This document shows, one piece after another, positions 1 to 13,456 of a stretch of 64,000 bases of DNA. The stretch is from Paraspadella gotoi (Eukaryota > Animalia > Chaetognatha). The stretch's first letter is position 1. Every line of letters begins with the position of its first letter. Made by a program: the position numbers and the translations under genes. Under the pieces are notes generated by a model that searched no databases, was not told where the DNA came from, and saw only the letters and a program-made list of their open reading frames with translations. The DNA lies in the NCBI GenBank assembly GCA_051294375.1, contig CM119267.1, positions 23,313,486-23,377,485 on the forward strand, read 5' to 3'.

Positions 1-93
1 CAATTGGTTTACACAAATTAGAACCAATTCTCATGCAAAGAAAACCATTTAATTTATTATTATTTAATTATTATTTAATTCTTTTCTTTCTAG

Positions 94-306
94 ATCCTGA
101 TCCGCTTCTCCATCGAGCGCAACATTTCCGTGATCCCGAAATCGGCGGATCCGGGTCGCGTCAAGGAAAACTCCAACGTCTTCGATTTTTCCCTGGACGC
201 GGACGACATGACCGCCCTCATGGACATGAATCGCGACGACGGACGAAGGATCAACGCCGATTTTTGCTCTCACCTTTTTAATTATCCATTTGTAGTGGAA
301 TTTTAA
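94..306 (+). CDS. Terminal exon of an aldo-keto reductase (AKR1-like); 5' part lies outside the window
   Basis: After the ttttctag acceptor the frame reads ILIRFSIERNISVIPKSADPGRVKENSNVFDFSLDADDM...NYPFVVEF*. This has the AKR IPKS cofactor-binding motif and the typical FDF and YPF..EF C-terminus. Not in the ORF track. Confidence 0.9.
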   Translation: MLIRFSIERNISVIPKSADPGRVKENSNVFDFSLDADDMTALMDMNRDDGRRINADFCSHLFNYPFVVEF

Positions 307-930
307 CGAGGGGCTGTTTAGTAACCCTGGACGAACAGTTTTATTGATGGAATATTTTTAAAACGTCTTTAGCTTGAAGTGTTATTATTTTTAGATGTTG
401 ATTGGGATGCTTTTTTTAACGTTTTGGTTACCCTTTTCACCTTACGTAGTGGGCATTAAAAAAATTCACAGTAGAAAATTTCAAAGACAATTTAGGTCGA
501 ATCTGTGATTTATCTGTGATTAAATTTCCTTTAAGGGCAACTGTGAATTTATAGTATTGGTGGCTGTTTTATGGGCGCCTTTTTTACATAATATCCCCGC
601 TACGGAATTTTTTTAAACCTTGTGCATTGTGCCATGTTCTTTTGACGCACTTGCTTTTTTATACCAACTCGAGCTACATAATTTGAAGATAATTTGAAGA
701 TAAGCAACGTAGGGTAGATACTGGATTGAGATTGAACCCGGAAGCAAGTCTTCTTGAGCTAATAGCTTTACTCAATGATCCACCGAGTGAAGGTGCCATG
801 CTTAATGGCGGGCTGAACTTTCCGCAATGTACATTTTTTTGTTATTTTCTGATTCCCCTCAAATTTCAATGGCATTTTTTCAGAGCATATTTATTTCTAG
901 CTCAAAAGACTGATCAAACTTGCGAAGACA

Positions 931-3900
931 ATGAAGGGGAAATCTCAACATCATCGGACCGAGAATCGGTTCCGGTTCAAATCTTTCGCGGATCGATTGG
1001 CCGACATCAACATCGACGTCGTCCACCGAATCTCCAGACCTGGGTCCGAGTTGGACGCCGACGCCGACCACACTCATTTTTACGAAGTCAGAATATCTGC
1101 TTTTTAGTTTTTAGAAATTGAATTTGGAGCCTCTTTCTATTGGTCATTTTACTTTTTTTTTCCTTTCCCAGGGTTTGCAAAAGTGGTCAGATCTTAATTG
1201 TACAGAGACCTTCAGTGGATTCGTAAAGGAGGTGGCCAATAAGTGCGAAACCTTGCCTCAGCTCTTGCATCATCAAGTGCGTTTATTTTGTTTCCATTAT
1301 ATCAACCGTCATTTGTAATTTTACTTTTTTATTGATTTATAGTAAAATTTGTATTCTCTTTAATTTTTTAAGCCGGCCATCGTGGACTCTTTGATCCGCC
1401 ACCTGGACCGCGGGAACGCCCTCTCCCTAGAGCCGCTCCTCGATCTCGCCGTTCAACTCGCTCGCGACGCCGGGCTCGAGTTCCGCCCTCACTTTCCAGA
1501 CACCTTCCAAGCATTCGTCCGCGTACTCGACCGTTTTCCGCAGGAGCCCGACGTTCTCGAGTGGACCTTCGCCTCTTTGTCTCACGTCTTCAAGTTTTTG
1601 TGGAGATACATCTTGAAAGACTTGGAAGGGACTTTTTGGTGAGTAAAAAATAAAAAAGTGCTTGATCGATTAATGTAATAGTTGAATGATTTTTGCGATT
1701 TTATTTTTTGTTTAATTATATTACATATTTAGGCTTTGCTGATTTAAAGTTTTAGACTTTTTAAAAATTCTTTCTTGGATTGCTTGGTTCATTGATCATT
1801 TTGATTTCTTTTTTTTAAATATAAAAACTACAATCCTCCTCTTTTCCAGCCTTCTCTCTCCCCTCCTCGACTCCCGGCACCGCCGCCGTCACGTTGTAGC
1901 CTTCGCCGCCGAATCCTACGCTTTCCTCCTCCGCAAGTCACGTGACCTTCCCGCCTTCGTCGACTTCCTCGTCGCCAAGTCGATCGTCGACTCGGATCTC
2001 GTTCCCGGCGTCGCCCGAGTCTTCTTCGAGATGTTGAAGGGGCTGAAAGGGAGAACGCATTCGACGGCCGCCGGGATCTTGCCGATGGTAGGCAGCGTTG
2101 GATTATAATAACACAACAAAATATTTAATATAAAAATGACGTATAAACTTTAAAATTTATTTCTATTTAATTTGAAGTTGGTGACGAAGCTGGACCCCTC
2201 AAAGCACCAAGATTCCGAGCGGGCACGAGTTTTTTACGAAGAGCTTCAAACCGCCCTCCAGCTGCTTATCGAACATGTTGAAAGGTAAAGCTGCAAGGTT
2301 TACGAAGATATTTGCTTATTCATTTACGTTTAGATCCGAATTGTTAACCAATTAAATTTAAAACATTCTTTAGATCTCACTCCGACCTCCTTTGGGAGAC
2401 ACTGATCAAGTCCGCCTTCAAAACGCATCAATCGTTGATGAACTCTCCTTCGGCAGCGATAGCGACGGCAGAGACAGAGACCAATACGACTAAGACAGAG
2501 ACGACCCCGATGGAGACAGAGACGACCCCCGATGACCTCAACGGCGCCTCGCCATCTTCGGAAGCAGAAAACCTGGATCGACTCATGAAACTCATCTCGA
2601 TGACGATTTCCTTCAAGGATGGAAACCTCGTAACTCAGACTCAAATACCCAATTTGCAAAATCTTTTTTCTCAGGTTTGTGAAATTATTATTAGAGAAGG
2701 CCGATGTTTTAAAATTAGTCACAGTTAATAAACATTTGTTATTACACTTTTATTTATCTCCTCCAGCTTTTCTCCGCTCGCCCCGCCGCCTTCGCTCCTT
2801 ACCTTTCCACCTCCGTCACGGCCTTCTCCTCCTTCCTCCTCGGCTCCTCCGTTCCTCCCCTTCACCTCGGATTCTCCGCCAAGTGCCTCGGCCTCCTTTT
2901 CTCTTCCTCCTCTTCTTCTCCCGCTCTCCCTTGTCCTCTTCTCGTCTCCCTCGTCCACTCTCTCTCATCCTCCAATCGCTTCGATCGCGAAGTTCTTCCC
3001 CACTTCCTCCGTCTCGTCTGCGACGACGCCGCCCTCCAACCTCCGCGTCACGAACGGCGCCTCTTTTCGGCGCTGTTTCGTCTCCTTCGCGAACGCGGGG
3101 CGTTTTCCGAAGAAGACGCCGCGCCGGAATCCCTCATTGCGCCGCCGACGTCGGCGTTAGAGGATCGATTGACGTATTTGCTGGAGGCGTCGCCGGAATC
3201 GACGCCGGTGGAGATGATGTGGCACGGAGTCAAGTTGTTGCCGAGATTGGAATTGAGGAATCCGGAGAGAGCAGTCGGCGCTGTGACGGAGATCGTGAAA
3301 TATTGCATAAACAGGTATTTCCAGGGGACGGCTATAATTTGGCTTGGTTAAAAAAAATTTGTTTAGTAATTATTATCAGTTATTATTATTTATTAATTTT
3401 CTAATTTCTCAGCCTGAAAACGGACGAAATTCTCCAACTTCTTTCGTCTTCAGTCCACGCTCTCTACTTTCTTCCCTCTCCTTGCTCCCTCCTTCCCTCC
3501 CTCTTTCCCGTTGACGAGGTCATCCATCTCCTCGCCTTCTTCCCCTCCGACGTCTTCGTCCTCTCCGTCTCTCGTCTGCTACTGCGTCTCACTCCTCCCT
3601 CGGTTCAGAGGATGAAGGAAGTTTTCGAAATTCTCAAAGGGAATCTCGCCTCTCCTTACAGGTTCACTTTGGCTTAGAATTTTTAAGCGTTTTCATTTTT
3701 TTAATCATAAAAAAACTATCAGAATATGGGTTCGTTTCTAATGAAGTTTGAGTTATGACGTTTAGAATTTCGACTTCTTTTATTTTTATTTTATAAACTA
3801 ATTTAAATTTAAAAAAAAGTTATTTATTAAATTTATTGTTTTTTTTTTTATAATATTTCACAGCCTTGTACGCAAGTTAACGCTCGATATACTCGCCTCT

Positions 3901-6900
3901 TTCCCCTGGCGCCTTCCGCCACCCGACGATCCTTCTGATCCTCCCGTTGAATCCGTATTTTCCATTATGCTGGCCGCCGAATCGACTCCGACCACCTTCC
4001 ACACGTACCGCGATCGGCTCGTCCACTTGCGCCGTCTCGACGGTGCCCACGTTCATCGCCACTTGCCTTTCGAAGCCGGTCCCTCCATCCAGCAAACTCC
4101 GATTCTTTATCTCTGCGCCAATCTCCTGATTAACTTCAAGCTCCTCTGGGAACCCGTCAAAGAGTTGCTCAAGACGCACGCCGAAGCCGCTTTCGGCGAC
4201 GACGGGGTCTTTTGGAGCGTTTTCGGCGAGCAGCTGGCGTTGGCGGCGGAGAGGAGCGAGGAAGCGCTTTATCAAAAAAGAAGAGAGATCCCAGAGTCGA
4301 CCGCGAATGCCTCCGTAGACGACGTTGGCTTTCTTGGCGCGGACATGAAGGCCGCCTTTAAGGCCGCTAACCCCGCCGAAACGGAACGACCCGACTTCTC
4401 CAACTTTCGGTTCCTGCTGTGGGACGCGATGGCGTCGTTTGCACGGGCTGTGGAGCCGAGAGGCGTCGAGTTGAAGGAAATGTTTATGAAATTCGTTGAG
4501 GAAGAATTTCGTCATCAGAATCCTGAGTTTGGGAAGACGCAGAATTTGAGAAAGAATCGCAAGAAGAGGAAGGGGCTTGAAGTGGAGGAGGAGGAGGAAG
4601 AGGATGTAGCAATGGAAAACGAGGAGGAGGAAGAAGAGAAATCGATGGAAAAAGATGAAAAGAACGAAGAAGAAAATGATGATGATAGTTTTGAGGCAAG
4701 CGAAGACCATAATGAGATAGAGGAGCAGGTAGAGCCTGATTCGGAGGAAGAAGTCGATGAGGAAGAGAACGAAAGTGACAACGAAAACAATCGTTCCTTT
4801 GACAAACTCAACGTTTCTCTTCTCTCCCTTTCCGCCGCAACCGCCGCTCCTCATGCCGAACGGCGTCGCGCTTCGGAGAAATCCCTCCTCGTCCACTTAT
4901 CGCTCTTCTCCAAATTTTCAAAGCCTCGCCGCTACGACTCCGACGCCGTCCTCCGCGGAATCTTCCTCGAGTTCCTCGACTCGCCCTCCGTCGCCGTGCA
5001 AAAGGCGGCGCTCGAATGCGTCTTCGCCTACGGGGAGTCCTTCGTCAATCCCTACAAGGAGAACTTGGAGCGTTTCGTCGACGTTAAGACGTTTAGAACG
5101 GAGGTGGCTATGTTTAGCATGGAGGAAGAGGCCACGAGCGTTTTGGAGGTAGGAGAGATTGGCTATTAAATATTTCTTTCTCGGATGCAATCACATTTAA
5201 TTTTTTGATCTTTTTAAGGTCCACCGCCCAAAGTTCTTTCGTCTTCTCCTTCCGATCCTCCGCGGAAAGATGCGCCAAAAGACAGGTCGCGCCGTAGGCA
5301 AGGACCACACCTTCGGCTCCAAGACCGTTGTTGTTCGCTTCGTGGCCGGCTGTCGTTCTGACGAAGCCGGCCTTTTCCTACGTTGTCTTTTCAACGCAGT
5401 CGCCGACGACAGCGACAGTTCGAGATCTGTCGCCATTACTGCTGAAGGAATGCCCCAATTTCTCGAAGACTTCTCCGCCGATGCTGTCTCTCCTCCTTTG
5501 AAGGATCAAGAAGAGATCCTTGGCCTCTTGGAAATGACCATGTCCAAAATGGGCGACCGCATTTTCGCCCATTTGCCCTATATCCTCCGCGTGATTCTGC
5601 GACTCGGCGCCGGCGCAAAGAAGCTATTGGATGAAGGGCGCGGAAAAGTCTCCTCCATTCATCCCAGCCATCTCTCCCGACTCAGGAACGTCAAGAACGC
5701 GTCCTTCAAACGGGTCGCTCAGTTCTTCAAACTCTTCGACTTTTATCCCTTCACCTCCGCGGAAATCGACGCCATTTTCGAAATTTTTATTTGGCCTTAT
5801 CTCGGGAAGCAAACGATCACCAAGGAAAGCTTGGCTTCGCCGACTCCCTGCTTAAAACTCCTGCACTCCTGGACGCTTTCCTCGAGATATTTCCCGTTGT
5901 TGACCAAGTGCCGAGACGGAACCGCGCCCGTCGATGTCATTTTCGAGATGATGAATTCCCCGGATTTGAAGAAACCCGTCCTTCAATTGATCGTCGACTG
6001 CATTGATCGACTTCTCAATTCCTCGGATCATTCGACTGCTCCCAATCTTGAATCCACGGCGCCGGCTCCGTGCCACATCCTGGCCGAAGGATGTCGCATT
6101 TCGCCCAGCGAAGTCAACAAGGATCAAACGATAGGATTACGAGTCCTGCTGCCTTTTGTCTCTGAAATTTTCAAGTATCTCCACGGAGTTATGCGGCGAA
6201 TTTCTCGAAAGAAGGACGCCTCGATGCCGGCGAGAGAGTTGACAATGCTGTCGACGATGAGTCCTTTCATTCGTGGCGACGCCGAAGCCGACACCATCAT
6301 ACGCGTTCTCCTGCCTTACCTCAGTCGATGGAAAGTGCGCGCAGCCGCACCGGTAATCACCGCAAAACAATCATGGACTCCCAAAGTGGATGCGTCCGAC
6401 GATGATCTCGAAACCAGCCTTTTGCGGGTTTTGCATCACGCGTTTGCGCTCTCCAGTCGTCCCCGCAACTACGTCATTCCCATTCTTAAGCTTTTCGGTT
6501 CCGCTCCTTCATCCGATCGCAACAACAGATCAAGACATCTTTTGATTCAAATTCTCGGAGACGTTGCAGGCATTGATGCTCACATTGCGCCTCTGCATGC
6601 GCTCGCGATCGAAGTCAATGCCATGAATCCCAAAGTTTTGGATGAACCCGATTATGGGCGGCGGTTGGTGGCATATGAAGGCTTTGGAAAGCGTCTGCTA
6701 AGTCTTTCTACGTCCGACGAGAACTTAGACAAAACGGCAGAAAAATTGCGCGACTTTGAAATACTCCTTATGCTGTATAACAGTTTGCATTTTCTGCGCC
6801 TTGCAGATGACATTGCGCTGAGGTCCAGCTCTTTGAACTGCCTCAAGAAAATTGTGAAATATGTTGGTTCTCAGGGAAATGAGACGATGTTTAAGAGAAT

Positions 6901-9900
6901 TATCGTCAATCACTTGATGTTGGAGATTCGCAGGTCTTTGTCTGACCCTAAAGAGAGGATTCGCCACGAGTTCATTGGCCTTTTGGGTCAGGTCGTGCGA
7001 TGCTGCGGAAAGTCGAGCTCCGAAGATGGGGAAACGTCTAAATCATTTGCCGTAGAGTTGAAGCGTCTCATAGATGATACCGATCCAGAAGTGGACTTTT
7101 TCGAAAATCTCATTCACATCCAGATACATCGTCGTCCAAGAGCGTTGACGAGACTTACCAAGCAGTTAGAGGCGAAAGAGCTGGGCTACGAGTCCGTTCA
7201 CTCTTACATCTTTCCCATTCTGACGGCAATCTTAAACGAGGATTCCTATTTGAAACATCAGAACATTCTCGTCGAGGAGTGCGTCAAAGCCCTGGTGGCC
7301 GCCTGCAAGTTTGCACCTTGGTCGCTTTATTACACCACGTTGATGACTTTTCTCAAGCGACTGACGATCCCAGGCACAAAGTCACGGATCGCTGTCAAAG
7401 TTGTGGTTCCGCTTTTGGAGGCCTTTCACTTTGACCTTTCGCTGTCTCGCGGGTTGAAAAGAGGAAAGGACGGGATGGAAAAAGGAAATAAAGGGAAGAC
7501 GAAGGAGAAAGCCGTTGAAAAGGGAGTAGAAATAAATCTGGAAGAGAATGAGGAAATAAAAAGTGATGAAGATGAACCGATGGAAACTACAGAGGATAAT
7601 GATGCTGAAGAAGATGAAGAGAACGAAAAGAAATCGTTTCAAACCTCTTGGGTAGATCCCTCCCGACCATTGTCGGAAGAAGACGCTACAGAAATTCACC
7701 AAACGATCGCAAAAATCGTCATTCCTCAATTGAATCGACAACTTATCCAAAAGAAAAAAGGAGAGGAGGTGCACAAGCTCAGCAAAGGCGACGTTTATGA
7801 CGAGAATGAAGCATTGAGAGTTCCTCTTGCCATGGCCATGGTCAAGTTGCTCTCGAAACTGCCGGACGGAATGTTGCAGTCTCACGTGACCAATATCATC
7901 ACCAAAGTGATTCAGTTTTTAAAGTCTTTTGATCAGGAAGTGAGGCAGGCTTCTCGCGAAACCCTAAAACACATCTTGGTTACTTTGGGACCCAAATACT
8001 TTTTCTACATCATCACCGAACTCAAGGAGACTCTCCTTAAGGGATTCATGAAACACGTTCTCAATTTTACCGTCCACAAACTTCTCAAAACCTTGGCCGG
8101 GACGAACAGCCTTCGAAAACTTTTGGAACCCAGCAACTTCGACGCCTGCGTCCCCGTCTTGTCGGAGATTTACTGCGACGAACTCTTCGGCGACGTCGGC
8201 GAGGAGAGGGAAGTGGAGGCCATCACCAATAAGATTCATGAAGCCAAAGGCGCCTGCAAAAGCTACGACTCTTATCTAATCCTCGGTAAAAACGTTTCGC
8301 CTTCCATGCTGACGACCCTGTTGATGCCGTTGAGAAACAAGCTCAACTCGTCGCAGAGCAAAGAAATCGTGGGCAAAATCTCCACTTGTTTGTCCATGAT
8401 CACCAACGGGTTAGCGCAAAACAAATCGATCCCCGTCGAACTGCTGCTCACGATCGCCCACGGATTCAGCAAGGACGGATTCGAAGGGATCGTCACGTCC
8501 AAGAAGAAAGAGGTCGATGTCCCCGTTCCGTCGTTGCGACCGGAGAGCTGCCTTCTCTTACCCGAGAATCCGGGACGAGCGGGATTCAAGCCTCAGACGA
8601 CCTCTGCTACCAACAAAAACGTTCTCATCGATTTCGGTCTTCAACTCTTGCAAATGTGTCTCAAGCGGGGAAAGGTGAAAGCAAACAATGTGGAACACTT
8701 GGGAATGTTGGATCCTTTCGTATCCATTTTGTCCGAATGCCTTGATGCCAAGCATACCAAGACGGCCGCCACTGCCTTGCAGACATTATGCCTCATTTTG
8801 AAGTTTCCTAACCTGCCGTCGCTTATGACCCACTTTAAGGACATTGCAGACGCTGTCTTTGTGATCGTTCACCGCTATGGCACCGGGGGTTTAACGAAAA
8901 AGGGCGAGATCGCTGAGCTCGTTGCCGCAGCATACAAGGCTTTGAATATCGTTTTGCACAAGTCGTCGAAGCCACTCGGCGAGGACGAGATGGAGTATCG
9001 CCTGACGGAGGATCAATTGAAGGCGCTTGTGATGTATGTGGAGCACGATGTGGCCGGCGCCGATTCGGTCGCCGCCGACAGACAGCCGACGGCCTTTTCC
9101 ATGCTGAAGGCACTGCTCGCGCGAAAGTTCAATTGCAAAGAGCTCATTCCGCTGATGGACAAGGTCTTCATTCTGGCCATCAAGTCGCCCTTGGAAGGAG
9201 TGAGGTCATCCTGCCGGCAACTCTCCCTGCAATACTTAGTCCACTACCCGTTGGGCAAACGGATCAAGGGTCACTTGCAGTTCTTTTTGCGGCAGTTGGA
9301 ATACGACGGATTCGAGGATGGGAGAGCTTCGGCTTTGGAGATGGTGCAGGTAAAGATGACTCATACATATCGTTGACGTTTAGTCAATTAACGAGGGTAA
9401 ATAAAAAGTGACAAGTTTATTAATGAAGGAAAATGATTAAGGTGATGGCAAAGGTAAAGATGACAAAGGTTACGACAAAGGTGATGACAATATTAAACGG
9501 TTCAATAATTATTTGAAGAAGGGTTCTTTTTTGAGTTTGGATGTTAAGGTGATTGGTCATTCTAAGGTTGAAGTAAGGTCTGTGATTCGTCGGCATTCTG
9601 ATTATTCGTGAAGAAGACGAGCAATCGCCTCACTAGGCCAACCAAGTCCGTTTATAGGTCCATTCCGTTTATGATATAGATATCAGGGTTTAATGTATTG
9701 TTCGCCTTAAGTATAAGAGGAGGATTTACACATCAGTTAACAATCGTCAACTTCTTTTCCCTATAGGCTCTTCTCCAAAATTTTCCGAAAAAATCTTTGG
9801 ATACCTACGCCACCAACGTGATGTTCCTTCCCCTGGCGGCGCGACTCATCAATGAGGAGAGTCAAAAGGTACGCAAGATGGTCGGCATCGTTGTCAAGGG

Positions 9901-11424
9901 TCTATTGCAGAAAGTGGACGTTGCTGATCGAGACACAATGTTCGATTCGGCGATGGTGTGGCTCCGTCAGGACTCTGGCGACGCTCCCACGCTCTTGGCT
10001 CAGCGCAGACTGGGTGCACAGCTGATCGGCATCTTCGCCGAGGCCGAGGGCTCGGCCTTCGAACGAAGGCTGGACGATGTTCTTCCGGCATTGTCGCTGG
10101 CGACGCGACCGGATAAGTTTGAAGACGAGGAAAAGGAGGACGGAGACGACGGCGATGAGAACGATAACAATTTGGACGATAATGAAGAAGGCTGGGAAAC
10201 TGTAGGCGCGCCTTCGCGTGAAGAAGGGAAGAAAACATCCTCGGCCAAGGACGGTCTTCTCTTCATGCTGCTCAACTCTTTTAAAAAGATCATCGTCGCC
10301 TGCGGTTCCAACGTTTGGCGGAGGAAAAAAGTGGATGATCTTTTGCAATTACTGGAATCGGCCGTAGAATTTCTCTACCATCCGCACTCGTGGATCAGGT
10401 AATTCGAGACTTGTGGGGATGTGTCTTAAAAAAAAAAAAAAATGCTATTAAAAGTTTATCGTTAAAGAAAATAATTAATTAAATTACATAATTGATGATT
10501 AGGCTCGTCTCCTCGCAAATTTTTGGCCTCTACTTTGCCTCCTTCAAGATTGAGACTTTAAAAGTGGACGCAACCGACGCCACCCCTTCCGGCGTCGCAT
10601 CTTTTCTCACCCGCGATCCCGTTGGACAGGTTCGCCAACTCTGCGGCGCCTTTTGCCATCAAATGCAGAGCGAATTTCTCACAAAAGACTTAGCCACGCA
10701 AATCGTCAAGAACCTTTTGTTTATGGTCAAAGTTATTCGGTTCTTGCGGCGAGAAAGAGAGGATTTGATTTTGGGAAGCGGAGAGGACGATGAGAAAAAG
10801 ATGGAGGAGGAGGAAGAGGAAGAAGAATCGGACGAGGGGCCGGGACCCGTTCTTTCACGGATGGTGATCGACTCGGAAACTGGCGAGGAGGCTTCCACGG
10901 CTCCTCCTCGACACAAACTCTCCCTAGACTTTGTCCTTCGCCGTGTCGTCTTCGAAGCTCTAAAGGAATCGACTCACCAAAGTCGAGGCACCCTCCGCCA
11001 GACCGCTGCGCTGCAGTTTTCCGCGGCGCTGGTGTCGGAGCTCGACGCCGACGAGACGCGGCACCACTTGCCGACCATGCTGCGTGTGCTTCGGCGCGCG
11101 ACGAGTTCCGGTCGGCCTAGCGCGGACGACGCCGCTCCCGGTGCCGCCGATCGTGAGTCCCTCCGTCGTCTGGCCAAAGAGTTTTCCGACATCGTAGAGA
11201 AGCGCGCCGGTCAGGAAGCCTTCGCCTTTGCCATGGTGCGCGTGGAGAAAATGGCCGGAGAGAGGAAGGCGCAACGGCGTCAACAAGCGGCGCTGCTGAA
11301 AGTCGTCGATCCCGTGCGCGCGGCGACGAAGAAGATCAATAGGAAAAGAAAAGGGGGAGACGGAGCGAAGGGAAAGAAGAAAGGGAAGAAGACGAGGCTT
11401 AAGGATTTGGCCGTGATTGAGTGA
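931..11424 (+). CDS. UTP20: UTP20, small-subunit processome component 20 (about 12 exons, including a 4.1-kb exon at 5219-9349)
   Basis: The N-terminus MKGKSQHHRTENRFRFKSFADRLADINID, plus LPQLLHH, FAAESYAFLLRK, NFKLLWEPV, EPDYGRRL, DFFENLIHIQIHRR, LRVPLAMAMVKLL and YPLGKR..HLQFFLRQLEY, match UTP20/DRIM. GT-AG introns join the frames. Confidence 0.95.
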
Positions 11425-11697
11425 AGACTTGAAAACGTGACTTATACTCTAAGTGCTCTTTAAACTCTTTGTTGGCCCTGAAGCGAGGGAGAAACTGTTT
11501 TTTTTTTTAAGTTGAAGTGAGAGAATTCCCGCGCGTTGTGTCGTTTGCGCGGGATTTTCGTGTTTTTATTACGTAGTTAAATTATCAAATTCTTTTGTTT
11601 TTTTTAGTTCCTCCCCAGTTTATTTTCACTACAAAGGATAAACTTTAATCCGTGTCGGCCGCGGGTGGGAATTGTCTTTCCCTCCGCCGAATGCCCC

Positions 11698-12659
11698 ATG
11701 GCTCTTTTCTCCTCCGCGTCTCTTTTAAAACTCGCTCCATCCAAATTCGTTCCTTTCTTTTCCTCTCCTCGGCGACACGTTCACGTCCCCAAGCATATGT
11801 GGGGTCGACCCAACCCTAAGTATAAAAAGGTGAGATGGTTTTGTAATAGAGATAACTGTAAAATCCCAAATGACAAAGTTTTTAAATTTTATTTTCATAT
11901 TGTGGTTCGTATAAATCGAGCAACGCGTTAATTTCCTGCGCAGGGAGAAAAACACGGTCGTTATTGGCGTTCCCGTCAAGGATTGCCCAACGTCCTCGAC
12001 GAGACGGGCCCGCTGGCCGAACTGCCCGATTGGACCTTCGCCGACGGAAGACCGGGGCCTCTGTCCAGGAAGCAGACCGCAAAGTGAATAGTTGGTTGAG
12101 CCTGTGAAAGGAAAACGATTTTAGACAAAATCGTGAAGAGACAGTAATTATTGTTGTTAGTGACAGAACCGTTCAATATAAGCAGTCCCTGAGCTTCGGA
12201 TCAGGCTGTAACACCGTGTTACAGGCGGGTTAAGCGCCCCGTCCCTCTTAACTGCTAGGCGACCTCCGGGCTAGAACCCTGGACCTTTGGGTTGGGAGGC
12301 GAATGACTTGACTCCGGCACCAATGGCCGTAATCGGTTATTTTATTGTTGGACATAAACTCTCGTCGTAATCCGTCGATCTTATTTGCCTTACCCCGCTC
12401 ATCATTATTTTCCAAAACAACTCGTTTTTACAAAAACAGGGAGATTGCCGATTCTTTATCTTTGTTGCGAAAAATGATCCAATTTGTTGTCTTCAGAGTC
12501 TTGGAACAGCAACGCCTCCTCCGCGACGTCGTGGCCGGACTCGAGTTCATCAAATTCGCTCAGTCGCGCCCTGACCGTCACGCCGAGGAAGAGGAGTCGT
12601 CGCGTCGTGCCATTTTAGACTCAAAGCTGCGTCCCAAGGGAAACCTCGTCCTGGAATAA
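11698..12659 (+). CDS. MRPL52: Mitochondrial ribosomal protein L52 (exons 11698-11829, 11944-12083, 12497-12659)
   Basis: Exon 2 reads WRSRQGLPNVLDETGPLAELPDWTFADGRPGP (mL52 signature GPL.ELPDW..ADGRP). C-terminal SKLRPKG; N-terminus resembles a mitochondrial presequence; splice phases are consistent. Confidence 0.92.
12181..12328 (-). mobile_element. tRNA-derived SINE in MRPL52 intron 2
   Basis: Minus strand ggccattggtgccggagtcaagtcattcgcctcccaacccaaaggtccagggttctagccc is a tRNA-like head with a B box. It is followed by a body shared with the element at 57825-57970. Possible 9-bp TSD ttattgttg (12148, 12342). Confidence 0.65.
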
Positions 12660-12689
12660 ACTATTACTTCGTCCAACAATATTGCAACT

Positions 12690-13175
12690 ATGTCCGAATC
12701 CGAACGGGTCGATGCCCGCCTTAACAAGATCGCAAATTACGAGGCTTTTCTCAACGAGAGGCTCAAGCGCGACCTCCTTCGCGTCCACCAACGACGCGAC
12801 GAGGTCTGGGAGGAGCAAGCCGAATACCTCAAGCTCAAGACGGTCGTCGAACGCGTCAAGTCTTCCCCGAGCGTCGCCCGCGACGGACTCAAGTCCCGCG
12901 TCGATCTCGGCTGCAACTTTTATGCGGAGGCTCGCGTGGACGACCCTTCGAGGATCTTCGTCGACGTCGGGCTCGGGTATCACGTGGAACTGACCCTCGA
13001 CGAGGCGACTAAGGTCATCGACGAGAGAGTGGAAGCGCTCAACTCCCGCGCCGAAGCTTTAACCAAGAGCGCCAATCAGATCAAAGCGCAGATTAGGATC
13101 GTCGTGGAGGGAATCCGAGAGTTGTCCAACATTTCTCGAGAAGATGCGGAAAAGTACAGGGACGTTTGGGCCTGA
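12690..13175 (+). CDS. UXT: UXT, prefoldin-alpha-like subunit (intronless)
   Basis: KIANYEAFLNERLKRDL, EYLKLK, RVDLGCNFYAEARVDDPSRIFVDVGLGYHVELTLDEA and IKAQIRIVVEGIREL match UXT. Confidence 0.95.
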   Translation: MSESERVDARLNKIANYEAFLNERLKRDLLRVHQRRDEVWEEQAEYLKLKTVVERVKSSPSVARDGLKSRVDLGCNFYAEARVDDPSRIFVDVGLGYHVELTLDEATKVIDERVEALNSRAEALTKSANQIKAQIRIVVEGIRELSNISREDAEKYRDVWA

Positions 13176-13456
13176 GATAAAGAAAGAGATCTCTCTGCTC
13201 GTGTGAAAGTGTTTTACATGTTTTCATGTCTTTAAATATATTGATGCCATTTTTGTTTATTATAAGTTGATATTCGTATATAAAAGAACAAAGGAGTTGT
13301 AAAGAATAGCAATTAATCAAAGGTAAAGTTAAAAAGGATCCCAACTCATCATCGCCTTCTTTAAAACTCCGGTTTGTCGTTTTTCGATTTGGTTTGTTTT
13401 TGTTTCTCTTCCGCGCAAAAAGAATACCAAAGACAAAAAACCCTCGGAAGACCGAA

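Noticed and set aside
12260-12328. Functional tRNA genes here and at 57825 and 55937
   Set aside because: The acceptor and anticodon stems do not pair properly, and two of them continue into a shared SINE body.
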